Of a stretch of DNA of 32,000 nucleotides, positions 24,171 through 32,000 are shown piece after piece. The translations under genes and the position numbers were made by a program. Source of the DNA: Candidatus Saccharimonadota bacterium (GTDB lineage: Archaea; Micrarchaeota; Micrarchaeia; Micrarchaeales; Micrarchaeaceae); assembly GCA_021654395.1 (NCBI GenBank), contig AP024486.1:270001-302000 (forward strand), given 5' to 3'. The first letter of the stretch is position 1. The number at the start of each line of letters is the position of its first letter. The notes under the pieces are model-generated. The model did no database searches. It was not told the origin of the DNA and saw only the letters and a program-made list of their open reading frames with translations.

Positions 24171-24596
24171 GACTATCTTTATAGAATATGTAGATCTATT
24201 TTTATTTAACTTAAGATTATGTAGCGTTACTGCCTTTACATCAAACTTTCTATAATAAGGACTATCATCAATAGCAGATATCTTAGCACTATAATGCTTG
24301 TTAGAGTCATTAAGGCTACTACTCTCTATAGAGAATGGTAGTAAAGATTCAGCATCGGAGTAGGAGATTAGGAGCTGTAAAGATCTCCATATTAAAGATT
24401 CTATATCATCAGATCTTGCATCTATAATTATAGATCTGCGTTGCAATCTATCTATATCCTTTTTTATATCATCTACATAAGAGATACTTTCTATTAGGGC
24501 TCTAACGCTATTGTCTATCAGCTCTTTATAAGAGCTACCATAAGCTATAAAGGCTATATCTGCTGTATGAGATACAAATCTATAACCTCTACTCAT
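24159..24596 (-). CDS. archease (RtcB/tRNA-ligase activator family)
   Basis: 145 aa. The N-terminal YRFVSHTADIAFIAYG motif and size are typical of archease. The start overlaps the aIF5B stop by 8 nt. Confidence 0.85.
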   Translation of the reverse strand: MSRGYRFVSHTADIAFIAYGSSYKELIDNSVRALIESISYVDDIKKDIDRLQRRSIIIDARSDDIESLIWRSLQLLISYSDAESLLPFSIESSSLNDSNKHYSAKISAIDDSPYYRKFDVKAVTLHNLKLNKNRSTYSIKIVLDV

Positions 24597-26349
24597 GGCT
24601 ACCGTTCTTCTTTATCTCTCTAATCTCATCTAGCAGCTTAAGCTCTTCATCTGAGAGCAAGGAGCTAAGCTTATCTTTTATAGTAAAGTAATCATTATCG
24701 CTTACATCAGTATATAATATATCATTATAATCAATCTGTCTGCCAAATGTTACTCCATCTATAGATATTGCTACATCTTCTCCAAACCTTGCTTCAGCTA
24801 CAGATGAGTTATTTGATTGTATATCTCTTATACTGCCTATAGATCTACCTTTAGAATCTATTAGCTTATAGCCCTTCTTTATTCTACCCTGTATTATATG
24901 AACCCCAAAGATAGCAGGCTTAGAGACTCTAAAGCAAGAGTTTGGTAGTACTAGCAGCTTACCTGGCAGTGTAACAGATTCCTCTATAAGCTTAAGTCTG
25001 TTTTTCATGTTTGCCTCTATAGTCTCTCTTACAGAGTCTATTAGCTTATATATTATGCTCTCCTTTATAACCTTTACATTTGTTATCGCTGCTTCATTTG
25101 CAGCATCTTTTTCGATATCTACATTAAAGCCTAAAACAATAGCATACTCTGGCTTATCTGCCTTCTGAGAGAATGCCTCTATTATATCATTCTTTACTAT
25201 ATTGCCTATACTGCTTCTCTTTATTGGTATATTGCTCTTATCTAGAAGCTTTGAGACTGCCTCAAGGCTTCCTATCGAGTCTGCTTTGACTATTACTCCA
25301 TATCTATTGTTTCTAAATACGTCCTTTATCTCTGCTTTTATAAAGCTTTCATAGTTATTATCTATAACTTTTATTATAGGAGATCCAGGCAAGGCGTTAT
25401 CAAAGTTATTTCCATAAAGCCTAACTCCTGCAGCAGCATATACCTTCTTGATACTAATTAGATCTGTATAAGCTATCCTTATATCAGTTATTCTGCTTGG
25501 TTTCATTATGGCTTTTACCTTAGATGTTTCTATTGACTTATCTGTTGCGAACGCTACTGTATCATTTACAGAAAGATTACCATCATATATTATTACATCG
25601 ACTGCTGTTCCAGCACCCTTAACCTGCTTTCTCTCTATTATGACTCCTTTTGCAGGACCTTCAAGATTTATATCTAATCTATTACTTAAGAATCTCTGAG
25701 CTAATCCGCTAACTAGAAGCATAAGCTCTGCTAATCCTTCACCTGTCTTTGCACTTACTGGTATTATCGACAAGGTCTTAGTGAAATCCTTTATATTGTA
25801 GAATAGATCGCAATCCATACCTAGCTGATAGATTGTAGTCATTATTGAATATATCTTATTATTGAGCTCCTTCTTTGCAAGCTCTGACTGCTTGTTAAAG
25901 CTCTTAAGAAAAGATAGCGTATTGCTGCTTATCCATCCTGTTACTGTATCTATCTTATTTGCAGCTACAACAAATGGCGTCTTATACTCTTTAAGTATAT
26001 TAAACGACTCAAATGTCTGATCCTCAAATCCCTTGTTTATATCTACAACAAGTATAGCAAGATCTGCAATGCTACCTCCTCTCCTTCTTAGATTTGTAAA
26101 TGCATCATGTCCTGGTGTATCAATAAATAAAAGGCCTGGTATATTAAGATCAAACTTAATTATATCGGATGCATCCTTACATATCGGTTGTATAGCAGAT
26201 AGAGGCACCTCGCTCGCTCCTATATGCTGTGTCATGCCTCCAGACTCTTTAGCTGCTATAGCAGAGTTCCTTATCTTATCTAGCAATGTCGTCTTACCAT
26301 GATCTACATGACCTAAAACAGATATAATCGGCTGCCTTAACATAACCAT
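24589..26349 (-). CDS. infB: translation initiation factor aIF5B (IF2 homologue)
   Basis: 586 aa. G1 GHVDHGKTTL, G3 DTPGH, G4 NKID, followed by the beta-barrel and C-terminal domains with typical aIF5B length. Confidence 0.9.
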   Translation of the reverse strand: MVMLRQPIISVLGHVDHGKTTLLDKIRNSAIAAKESGGMTQHIGASEVPLSAIQPICKDASDIIKFDLNIPGLLFIDTPGHDAFTNLRRRGGSIADLAILVVDINKGFEDQTFESFNILKEYKTPFVVAANKIDTVTGWISSNTLSFLKSFNKQSELAKKELNNKIYSIMTTIYQLGMDCDLFYNIKDFTKTLSIIPVSAKTGEGLAELMLLVSGLAQRFLSNRLDINLEGPAKGVIIERKQVKGAGTAVDVIIYDGNLSVNDTVAFATDKSIETSKVKAIMKPSRITDIRIAYTDLISIKKVYAAAGVRLYGNNFDNALPGSPIIKVIDNNYESFIKAEIKDVFRNNRYGVIVKADSIGSLEAVSKLLDKSNIPIKRSSIGNIVKNDIIEAFSQKADKPEYAIVLGFNVDIEKDAANEAAITNVKVIKESIIYKLIDSVRETIEANMKNRLKLIEESVTLPGKLLVLPNSCFRVSKPAIFGVHIIQGRIKKGYKLIDSKGRSIGSIRDIQSNNSSVAEARFGEDVAISIDGVTFGRQIDYNDILYTDVSDNDYFTIKDKLSSLLSDEELKLLDEIREIKKNGSHE

Positions 26350-26359
26350 CAGCTAACTG

Positions 26360-27268
26360 CTATCTTATAAAGCCATGTGCAACGATTCTAGGCTTAGCAT
26401 AATCCCTAAATACTAAGATCTCTACATTCGGTAAGTTAGCAATACTTGAAGTAAGCTTTAGATCAAAGTTATTATCAGATACTTTCTTAATCTCTTTTAT
26501 ATATAGCGATTTAAAGCCGCATGTTATCTTAAATCTCTTTGGATTATTAATCAGCTCATCGATATTAAATATGCTTATACTATTTATATCTATATTTATC
26601 GTGTCTGTTATACTATATTCATTAGATGTTAATATATCTCCTTTCTCTAACTCTTTAGCATCTATATCTTTCAAAGCAACACCGACTCTTGCATTATTGT
26701 TAACCTCTGTATAGTCAAGATCGGCTATCTGTATAGATCTTACAGTAGTCTTTTTTGATCCAAGATACAGTATATCATTCTTTTTAAGATGACCCTTATT
26801 TATTGCAAGTGCAACAGTTCCTACTCCTTTTACAGCGAAGGCTCTATCTACAAATAGATATGGGTTTAGTGGACAGTAGTTTGGAAGCATGTTGGCTGCT
26901 TCATTAAGTATAGCGTCTGCATTTAGCTCTATATTTTTATACCTGTAGATATCTGAGCTATTAAGCATATCTGCAAGCTGCTCATTAAGATTTACAAGAT
27001 ATAGCTTCTTTCCAGCATTATATGCAGCTATAATAAGCTCAGCAACATCAGCGCTAGTAATGCTAGAGTCTATTATTACAGAGTTAGAGAAGAATAGTGC
27101 TTGTGTAAGATTATCTAGCTTGTTAGCATTATAATCTATTGCTATTAAAGTTATCTCATCATTTATCTTCTTATAGTAGAAGCTAATATCTGGATTCTTC
27201 TCTACATGATCCCAGCTTATAAGCCCCTCTATACTGCCATTTAGATATGATACTATAGCGAATCTCAT
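26360..27268 (-). CDS. EF-Tu/SelB-like three-domain protein with a degenerate (P-loop-less) G domain
   Basis: 302 aa. Residues about 140-215, VDRAFAVKGVGTVALAINKGHLKKNDILYLGSKKTTVRSIQIADLDYTEVNNNARVGVALKDIDAKELEKGDIL, are a textbook translational-GTPase domain II. The N-terminal about 130 aa has no GxxxxGK[ST] (VSYLNGSIEGL instead), no DxxG and no NKxD. Confidence 0.6.
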   Translation of the reverse strand: MRFAIVSYLNGSIEGLISWDHVEKNPDISFYYKKINDEITLIAIDYNANKLDNLTQALFFSNSVIIDSSITSADVAELIIAAYNAGKKLYLVNLNEQLADMLNSSDIYRYKNIELNADAILNEAANMLPNYCPLNPYLFVDRAFAVKGVGTVALAINKGHLKKNDILYLGSKKTTVRSIQIADLDYTEVNNNARVGVALKDIDAKELEKGDILTSNEYSITDTINIDINSISIFNIDELINNPKRFKITCGFKSLYIKEIKKVSDNNFDLKLTSSIANLPNVEILVFRDYAKPRIVAHGFIR

Positions 27269-27317
27269 TATTTACTTCTTAAAAAGAGTAATTTAATTAA
27301 TCATAGCTATAATAAGA

Positions 27318-27629
27318 TCATAGAACCTCTATATTAGATTTCTGATAACCTAGCTTGCTTAGTATATCTGGTATCTTGCTTTTATGATCGCCCTGAAGCT
27401 CTATTGTTGCTTTATCCTCTCTATAAGTACCACCACAAGCAAGAAGCTTCTTTATGCTCTTAGCAGTCGATTCCAGCTCACTAGGTGGTATACCTTCAAT
27501 AACTGTAACCTTCTTATTGAATTTAACGATCTTTGTATAAACTTTAATTCTGTTTTCTGTTTCTTTTGCTAGCGTATCACATACGCAGAGCTCTTTAGGT
27601 AATCCGCAACGAGGACAGATCTCAGACAT
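27318..27629 (-). CDS. sui1: translation initiation factor aIF1 (SUI1)
   Basis: 103 aa. An N-terminal CPRCGLPKELCVC zinc knuckle, then the SUI1 fold (KFNKKVTVIEGI...LKKLLACGGTY....IELQGDH). Confidence 0.9.
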   Translation of the reverse strand: MSEICPRCGLPKELCVCDTLAKETENRIKVYTKIVKFNKKVTVIEGIPPSELESTAKSIKKLLACGGTYREDKATIELQGDHKSKIPDILSKLGYQKSNIEVL

Positions 27630-27827
27630 CTATTCTTTTACACCTCTCTCAGATAAGATAGTATTAATTCTAGCTATTAGCTTTCTAATGCTTTTAGTTG
27701 CATTCTGCTTGCTAGCCACCCCTGTAGAGGCTATCTTGGCCTTCTCAGCCATTAGATTTAGATATAGTTCATCTCTCTTAGCCTTAAGCTCATCTGTAGA
27801 GAGCTTCTTTAGATCATTAAGCTTTAT
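27630..27827 (-). CDS. rpl29: 50S ribosomal protein uL29, apparently initiating at AUA
   Basis: Absent from the ORF track. My minus-strand translation is (I/M)KLNDLKKLSTDELKAKRDELYLNLMAEKAKIASTGVASKQNATKSIRKLIARINTILSERGVKE*. This matches the uL29 pattern (LR.LS..EL...L.EL..EL..LR.......G......IR..R..IARI.T.L.E). The stop TAG abuts the sui1 ATG. AAGGTG (27840..27835) lies 7 nt upstream of ATA 27827..27825. The first in-frame AUG is codon 26. Confidence 0.75.
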   Translation of the reverse strand: MKLNDLKKLSTDELKAKRDELYLNLMAEKAKIASTGVASKQNATKSIRKLIARINTILSERGVKE

Positions 27828-27871
27828 GTAAAAGCACCTTATGTAATATATATTATATACAAATCAAGTAT

Positions 27872-29218
27872 TTAAGCCTTTTTATCTGATCTATAGTTAC
27901 TATCTGCAAACTTCACTGCCTCCTCTAGTATATCCAAGCCTTGATTTAGAGTATCTATAGATATATTGAATGATGGTATTATTCTTATTGTTGACTCGCC
28001 AGCAGGTAGCATAACAAGACCATTATAAAATGCTTCCTCTAATACAGCATCTCTTGCCTTTACATTAGGCTCTTTAGTCTTCTTACTTTTAACGAACTCT
28101 ACTCCTATCATAAGTCCTATCCCTCTTACATCTCCAACTATCTCGTATCTCTCTTTAAGCTCTTCTAGTCTTTTCATTATTATTGAGGATCTCTGCTTTA
28201 TACCTCTCTCTATCTCTCTTTTATTATCTATAAGGTACTTTAATGCTGCATCAGCAGCAGCAATAGATAATAGATTTCCTCCAAATGTAGATGCATGCGC
28301 ACCCTCTGGAAGATCTCCAAGATCTCTCTTTATTATTGTTGCACCTAGAGGTAAACCACCACCTATAGCTTTAGCCATTGTATATATATCTGCAGTTACA
28401 TCAAAGTTATCTAATGCCAGAAACTTTCCTGTTCTCATGTAGCCTGCCTGCACTTCGTCATCTATAAGTAGTATGCCATAATCATCTAGTATTCTCTTAA
28501 GCTCTTTAAAGTAGTCCTTTGGCGGTACTATGTAGCCGCCTTCGCCTTGGATGGGCTCAACTATAAAGGCAGCAACCTCTTCTGGGGATACCTCTCTCTT
28601 TAAAGGATACTCTTTTATATATTCTATACATGCAAATCCGCACTCTGGATAGCTCTGCTTAAACGGGCATCTATAGCAGTAAGGATAAGGCACATGGATA
28701 ACATCAGGAAATGGCCCAAAGTGCGCTCTCTGTACGTTCTTACTAGAGGTCACTGCTAATGAACCCCTAGTTCTTCCGTGAAAAGAGTTGTAAAATCCCA
28801 TAATGTATAACCTTCTACTAAAGTACTTTGCAATCTTAATTGCTGCTTCATTAGCCTCTGTTCCAGAGTTAGAGAAGAAGATCTTACCAAATCCATTAGG
28901 CATAAGCTCAAGAAGTCTCTCTGCGAATCTTACTGGTAGCTCTGAATAGAAATCAGTGAAAGCGCCATGCATCAAGAGATCTAGCTGATTCTTTATTGCT
29001 TCCTTTATCTCCTTTATATTATAGCCCAGATTATATACAGATATAAAAGTAGAGAAGTCTATATACTTATTACCATCTACATCATATATATAGTCCCCAT
29101 CTGCCTTCTCTACAACTAAAGGATAGATCTCTCTAGTTGTATTTATTATCACTTTATGATCTCTCAATATTATTCCCTTAGCTTTCTTTCCTATCTCTAT
29201 CTTTGTCATAATAATCAC
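27872..29218 (-). CDS. class-III PLP-dependent aminotransferase (GABA/ornithine/acetylornithine aminotransferase type)
   Basis: 448 aa. SNSGTEANEAAIKIA, LLIDDEVQAGYMRTGKF, TMAKAIGGGLPLG (PLP Lys) and STFGGN. The start is coupled (4-nt overlap) to the upstream gene. Confidence 0.85.
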   Translation of the reverse strand: MIIMTKIEIGKKAKGIILRDHKVIINTTREIYPLVVEKADGDYIYDVDGNKYIDFSTFISVYNLGYNIKEIKEAIKNQLDLLMHGAFTDFYSELPVRFAERLLELMPNGFGKIFFSNSGTEANEAAIKIAKYFSRRLYIMGFYNSFHGRTRGSLAVTSSKNVQRAHFGPFPDVIHVPYPYCYRCPFKQSYPECGFACIEYIKEYPLKREVSPEEVAAFIVEPIQGEGGYIVPPKDYFKELKRILDDYGILLIDDEVQAGYMRTGKFLALDNFDVTADIYTMAKAIGGGLPLGATIIKRDLGDLPEGAHASTFGGNLLSIAAADAALKYLIDNKREIERGIKQRSSIIMKRLEELKERYEIVGDVRGIGLMIGVEFVKSKKTKEPNVKARDAVLEEAFYNGLVMLPAGESTIRIIPSFNISIDTLNQGLDILEEAVKFADSNYRSDKKA

Positions 29219-29913
29219 TTGAAAGCAAACATTATAGTTAAGATAACTATAGCAACTATTACTACTATAGTTATTATTACTCCAAGATTATCTCTAGAGA
29301 TTGATACACCTTCAAGATCCTCTGCAAGCTTTGACTCATCAGATTCATAGCTGCTATCTAAGGAGCTTGAGCTATTATAGGTTATAACGCTACTATCATC
29401 TTTCTTATCTTTTAAGCTTTGCTTCATCTGCTCTTTACTTTCATTACTTTCAGAGTTCTTCAATAAGATAAATCCAGAGCTTGTTAATGTAAAGTAGGAG
29501 TTGTTGGCATCAGCTATAGAGTAGTTTACATAACCCTTTCTAAATAGCTTGAATAGATGTAATGTTAGATCAGTTTCAAATATATTTAAGCTCTTTTTAA
29601 GGTTATTAAAATCATTAGTGCCATTCGAGATTCTTCTTATAAGCTCTATATCTAGCTGATCTATATCCTTTGTAGATTCAGATAGAGCATACTCAAAGAA
29701 TCTCTTTCCAGACTCAGTTATATCTATCTTAGAAGCGTTAGTTAAAGAGATACTAGAGAAATCTATAAGACCCTTAGCCTTCAGACTGCCTAAAAGATTA
29801 GACGCATCAAAGTACTGCATATTCATTATACTGCTAAATCTTTCTACGCTCGCTTCATCGTTTATTCTAGTTAAGGCTATAAGCTCGTTGAATGTATAAG
29901 GATTATTATACAT
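29215..29913 (-). CDS. tail-anchored membrane protein with two tandem winged-helix-like modules, unknown function
   Basis: 232 aa. Two wHTH-like units (FNELIALTRI...SNLLGSLKAKGLIDF and LDIELIRRISNG...FNNLKKSLN...LTLHLFKLFRKGYVNYS), a Ser/Asp/Glu-rich linker, and a single C-terminal TM (LGVIITIVVIVAIVILTIMFAF) ending the protein. Confidence 0.5.
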   Translation of the reverse strand: MYNNPYTFNELIALTRINDEASVERFSSIMNMQYFDASNLLGSLKAKGLIDFSSISLTNASKIDITESGKRFFEYALSESTKDIDQLDIELIRRISNGTNDFNNLKKSLNIFETDLTLHLFKLFRKGYVNYSIADANNSYFTLTSSGFILLKNSESNESKEQMKQSLKDKKDDSSVITYNSSSSLDSSYESDESKLAEDLEGVSISRDNLGVIITIVVIVAIVILTIMFAFK

Positions 29914-29957
29914 ATTTTATCTTTGTTATTAAAAGATTAATAATCTTATTTTAATGC

Positions 29958-30983
29958 TCATATAATAGTAGCATTCTTTATATAGCTATTACAATCAGTA
30001 TTATCAGATACTCCAGATATAAGTAGCTTTAGATAGCCAAGGTATGGTATTATATATACAACCTTACCATTATAATTGCTATAGTTTACAGGATAGTTGC
30101 CATACTGCTGATCTAAACCAGGATTATTATCTCCTTTTGTTAAGATGCTGTAGTTACTTCCATATCTAAGTATCGCATATACTCTATGAGATATTAATGT
30201 AGCGCCTTCTTGATAGAATGTATCATTCGGTGTAGTTGAATAGACTATTATAGAGTTATTTCTATCCCCATAGATAGTTATATTGTTAACTATCAGAGCC
30301 TTCAAGTAAGCTATCTTCATAGAGCTTCCATTTATATAAAGTCTTGTTGCATTCGTACATTCGAAGCCTATGAAGCCGTTATAAAAAGAGCTATTATATA
30401 TAAGCCTTTTCGAGTACGGGTTATATAGGCCTAGCTTGAAGCCTGCGCTGTAATTATCTGATATCTCAATTCGATATCCAAACTCAGTATTATTTAGCTT
30501 CTTATAGTAAACGCATTCATACTGATAAGAGCTAAGATTATTATAAAGCTGCCTATACTGATATCCAGTTATATTTATTATAGGTGCCTTAAGCTGATCT
30601 ATACTAACTCTATTTATTAGTATTATATCTCCCCTGTGTAAGTTAGGCAGCATGCTACAGCTAGGTACAACATCTAAAGGATATCTTGAACCAGTAAATA
30701 TGCTTAATCCATAGAATAATAAGACGATTACTACAGATACTATTATAAGCTCTATAGCGGCCTTCTTTAAGCCTTCCTCTACTGCAATATTATAGATCTC
30801 AAATATTAATATAAGTATAAATAGCAGTATGCCTATAGCGCTAAGTATAGCTAAAAGTAAGCTATTATATCTTAATATAAAGTATAATATTAGGACTAAT
30901 ATTAGTAGTATATAAAGTATATTTGTATTTATTGTTCTCCTTTTAGATCTTGATCTGCCCTTATTAGAATCATGGCTTCTCAT
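29958..30983 (-). CDS. type I signal peptidase (archaeal Sec11/S26B type), enlarged
   Basis: 341 aa. Three N-terminal TM segments, catalytic-Ser box VVPSCSMLPNL, RGDIILI, a His box LISHRVYAI, and TKGDNNPGLD (the GDNN box of archaeal/eukaryal SPases). A long Asn-rich insert lies between the GD and His boxes. Confidence 0.75.
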   Translation of the reverse strand: MRSHDSNKGRSRSKRRTINTNILYILLILVLILYFILRYNSLLLAILSAIGILLFILILIFEIYNIAVEEGLKKAAIELIIVSVVIVLLFYGLSIFTGSRYPLDVVPSCSMLPNLHRGDIILINRVSIDQLKAPIINITGYQYRQLYNNLSSYQYECVYYKKLNNTEFGYRIEISDNYSAGFKLGLYNPYSKRLIYNSSFYNGFIGFECTNATRLYINGSSMKIAYLKALIVNNITIYGDRNNSIIVYSTTPNDTFYQEGATLISHRVYAILRYGSNYSILTKGDNNPGLDQQYGNYPVNYSNYNGKVVYIIPYLGYLKLLISGVSDNTDCNSYIKNATII

Positions 30984-32000
30984 TACTATCTATCTTAGTT
31001 GCCTTGCTTTTAATAATCTCTTCTACTCTTTTTTCTACAACCTTAGAGCTGTCTTCAGTCTTTATAACACCTATGATTGAGTCTGCATTAACTATTGTAC
31101 TATCATTATGGCTTATAACTATAAACTGCGATCTATCGCTTAGACTCTTTATGATCTTTGATAGCTTCTTTGAGTTCTCTTTATCTAGAGCAGCATCTAT
31201 CTCATCAAATAGATAAAAGCCTTTAGGCTTCATCATCTGTATAGCAAGCAGTAGAGTTATCATTATTAATGATCTCTCTCCTCCAGATAGTACATGCAAT
31301 GAATGCTTTCTCTTATTATCATATAGTTCTATAATAAGCCCAGACTCAAAGGGCTTATCCTTATCTGTTAATGTAAATTCTACCTTTTTATCTGAGATCT
31401 TAGAGTATAATATGCTAAAGTTCTCTTTTATTCTTTCTAATGTATCAAAGAAGATCTCTCTCTTCTTGTATTCTATCTTGTTTATCATGTCTATTATCGA
31501 GTCTCTCTCAGCGACTAGCTTCTCTAGTATGCTATTCATCTCTTCATACTCAGATCTCTTCTGATCATATACCTCTATAGCTTTAAAGTTTACATTTGTA
31601 AAGCTATTTAGCTCGTTATTCAGCTGTTTAAGCATCTCAGTAAGCTGCTGCTCATCTCCATTGACAATCTCAAAGTCATTAAAGCTCTTTAACTCTGCTT
31701 CTACATCTATCTTGGAGCTTTCTAACTGCGCTCTTTTATCGTTTAAGCTACTCAATCTATATCTTAGCTCTGTTATAGTATTACCTAACTGCTTTATTGT
31801 ATTATCTAGATCTACCTCTAATCTTGTTAGCTCATCTAACCTTGAGTATAGCTGCTTTGTGGAGCTTATTAGCTGATTATATCTTGATTCATGCTCCTTT
31901 ATCTTATCATCTAGCTCAGCAGCTCTAGCTTTCATCTCCTTTATAGATCTCTCTAGTGCATCTAACTCATTCCTTTTATTAGATAGCTCATTATCTATGT
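30970..32000 (-). CDS. smc: SMC chromosome-segregation ATPase, C-terminal part (5' end beyond window)
   Basis: The reading frame is open to the window end. It has a coiled coil followed by signature LSGGERSLIMITLLLAIQ, Walker B FYLFDEIDAALD, and H-loop-like FIVISHND. Confidence 0.85.
   Translation of the reverse strand, partial: IDNELSNKRNELDALERSIKEMKARAAELDDKIKEHESRYNQLISSTKQLYSRLDELTRLEVDLDNTIKQLGNTITELRYRLSSLNDKRAQLESSKIDVEAELKSFNDFEIVNGDEQQLTEMLKQLNNELNSFTNVNFKAIEVYDQKRSEYEEMNSILEKLVAERDSIIDMINKIEYKKREIFFDTLERIKENFSILYSKISDKKVEFTLTDKDKPFESGLIIELYDNKRKHSLHVLSGGERSLIMITLLLAIQMMKPKGFYLFDEIDAALDKENSKKLSKIIKSLSDRSQFIVISHNDSTIVNADSIIGVIKTEDSSKVVEKRVEEIIKSKATKIDSNEKP

Noticed and set aside
1-32000. 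CRISPR arrays, transposases, integrases, IS ends, prophage or defence-island signatures
   Set aside because: I looked for regularly spaced direct repeats, terminal inverted repeats and DDE, tyrosine or serine recombinase motifs in all tracked ORFs and found none. The tRNA genes are not flanked by integrase-like ORFs.
1-32000. Very frequent AAGCTT, GAGCTN and AGCT palindromes throughout the window
   Set aside because: They are explained by the dominant codon pairs (AAG-CTT Lys-Leu, GAG-CTN Glu-Leu, AGC, GCT) on both strands. I saw no periodicity or clustering outside coding sequence, and I did not count occurrences.

Overview
This is an AT-rich, very tightly packed archaeal chromosome segment. 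The archaeal assignment rests on aIF1/SUI1, aIF5B, aEF-1beta, deoxyhypusine synthase, a Nop5-type protein, archease, a PriL-like primase subunit, a Sec11-type signal peptidase, two intron-containing tRNAs and a stand-alone 5S rRNA. The compaction, a broken-up ribosomal-protein superoperon, a non-canonical tRNA intron and Asn/Ser/Ile-rich proteins suggest a small-genome DPANN-like or acidophile-associated lineage, but I cannot assign a taxon from sequence alone. I call 39 protein-coding genes. Three are missing or incomplete in the supplied ORF track: a DUF763-like gene at the left edge, a 56-aa zinc ribbon, and uL29. There are also 2 tRNAs and one 5S rRNA. I found no CRISPR array, transposase, integrase or recognisable defence island, so most of the window is housekeeping. 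The observations most worth a second look follow.
- rad50 has no adjacent mre11, is translationally coupled to a Mut7-C/PIN-like nuclease, and lies divergent to a DUF763/HhH protein.
- A translation-factor operon contains an EF-Tu/SelB-like protein whose GTPase motifs are lost.
- uL29 has its conserved N-terminus encoded upstream of the first AUG, probably starting at AUA.
- tRNA-Arg carries a 13-nt intron in the T-loop with a hand-foldable bulge-helix-bulge.
- The 61-nt tRNA-Trp intron has a box C motif and a guide that places C34 at the methylation position.
- A Nop5 consists of the Nop domain only.
- A PRTase-like, SLOG/LOG-like and Nudix neighbourhood flanks an unusually long 350-nt non-coding gap.
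- A small tandem-repeat basic protein is present.
- A tail-anchored protein with two winged-helix modules lies just downstream of smc.
All functional calls come from motif recognition by eye and memory of protein families. No searches were run.
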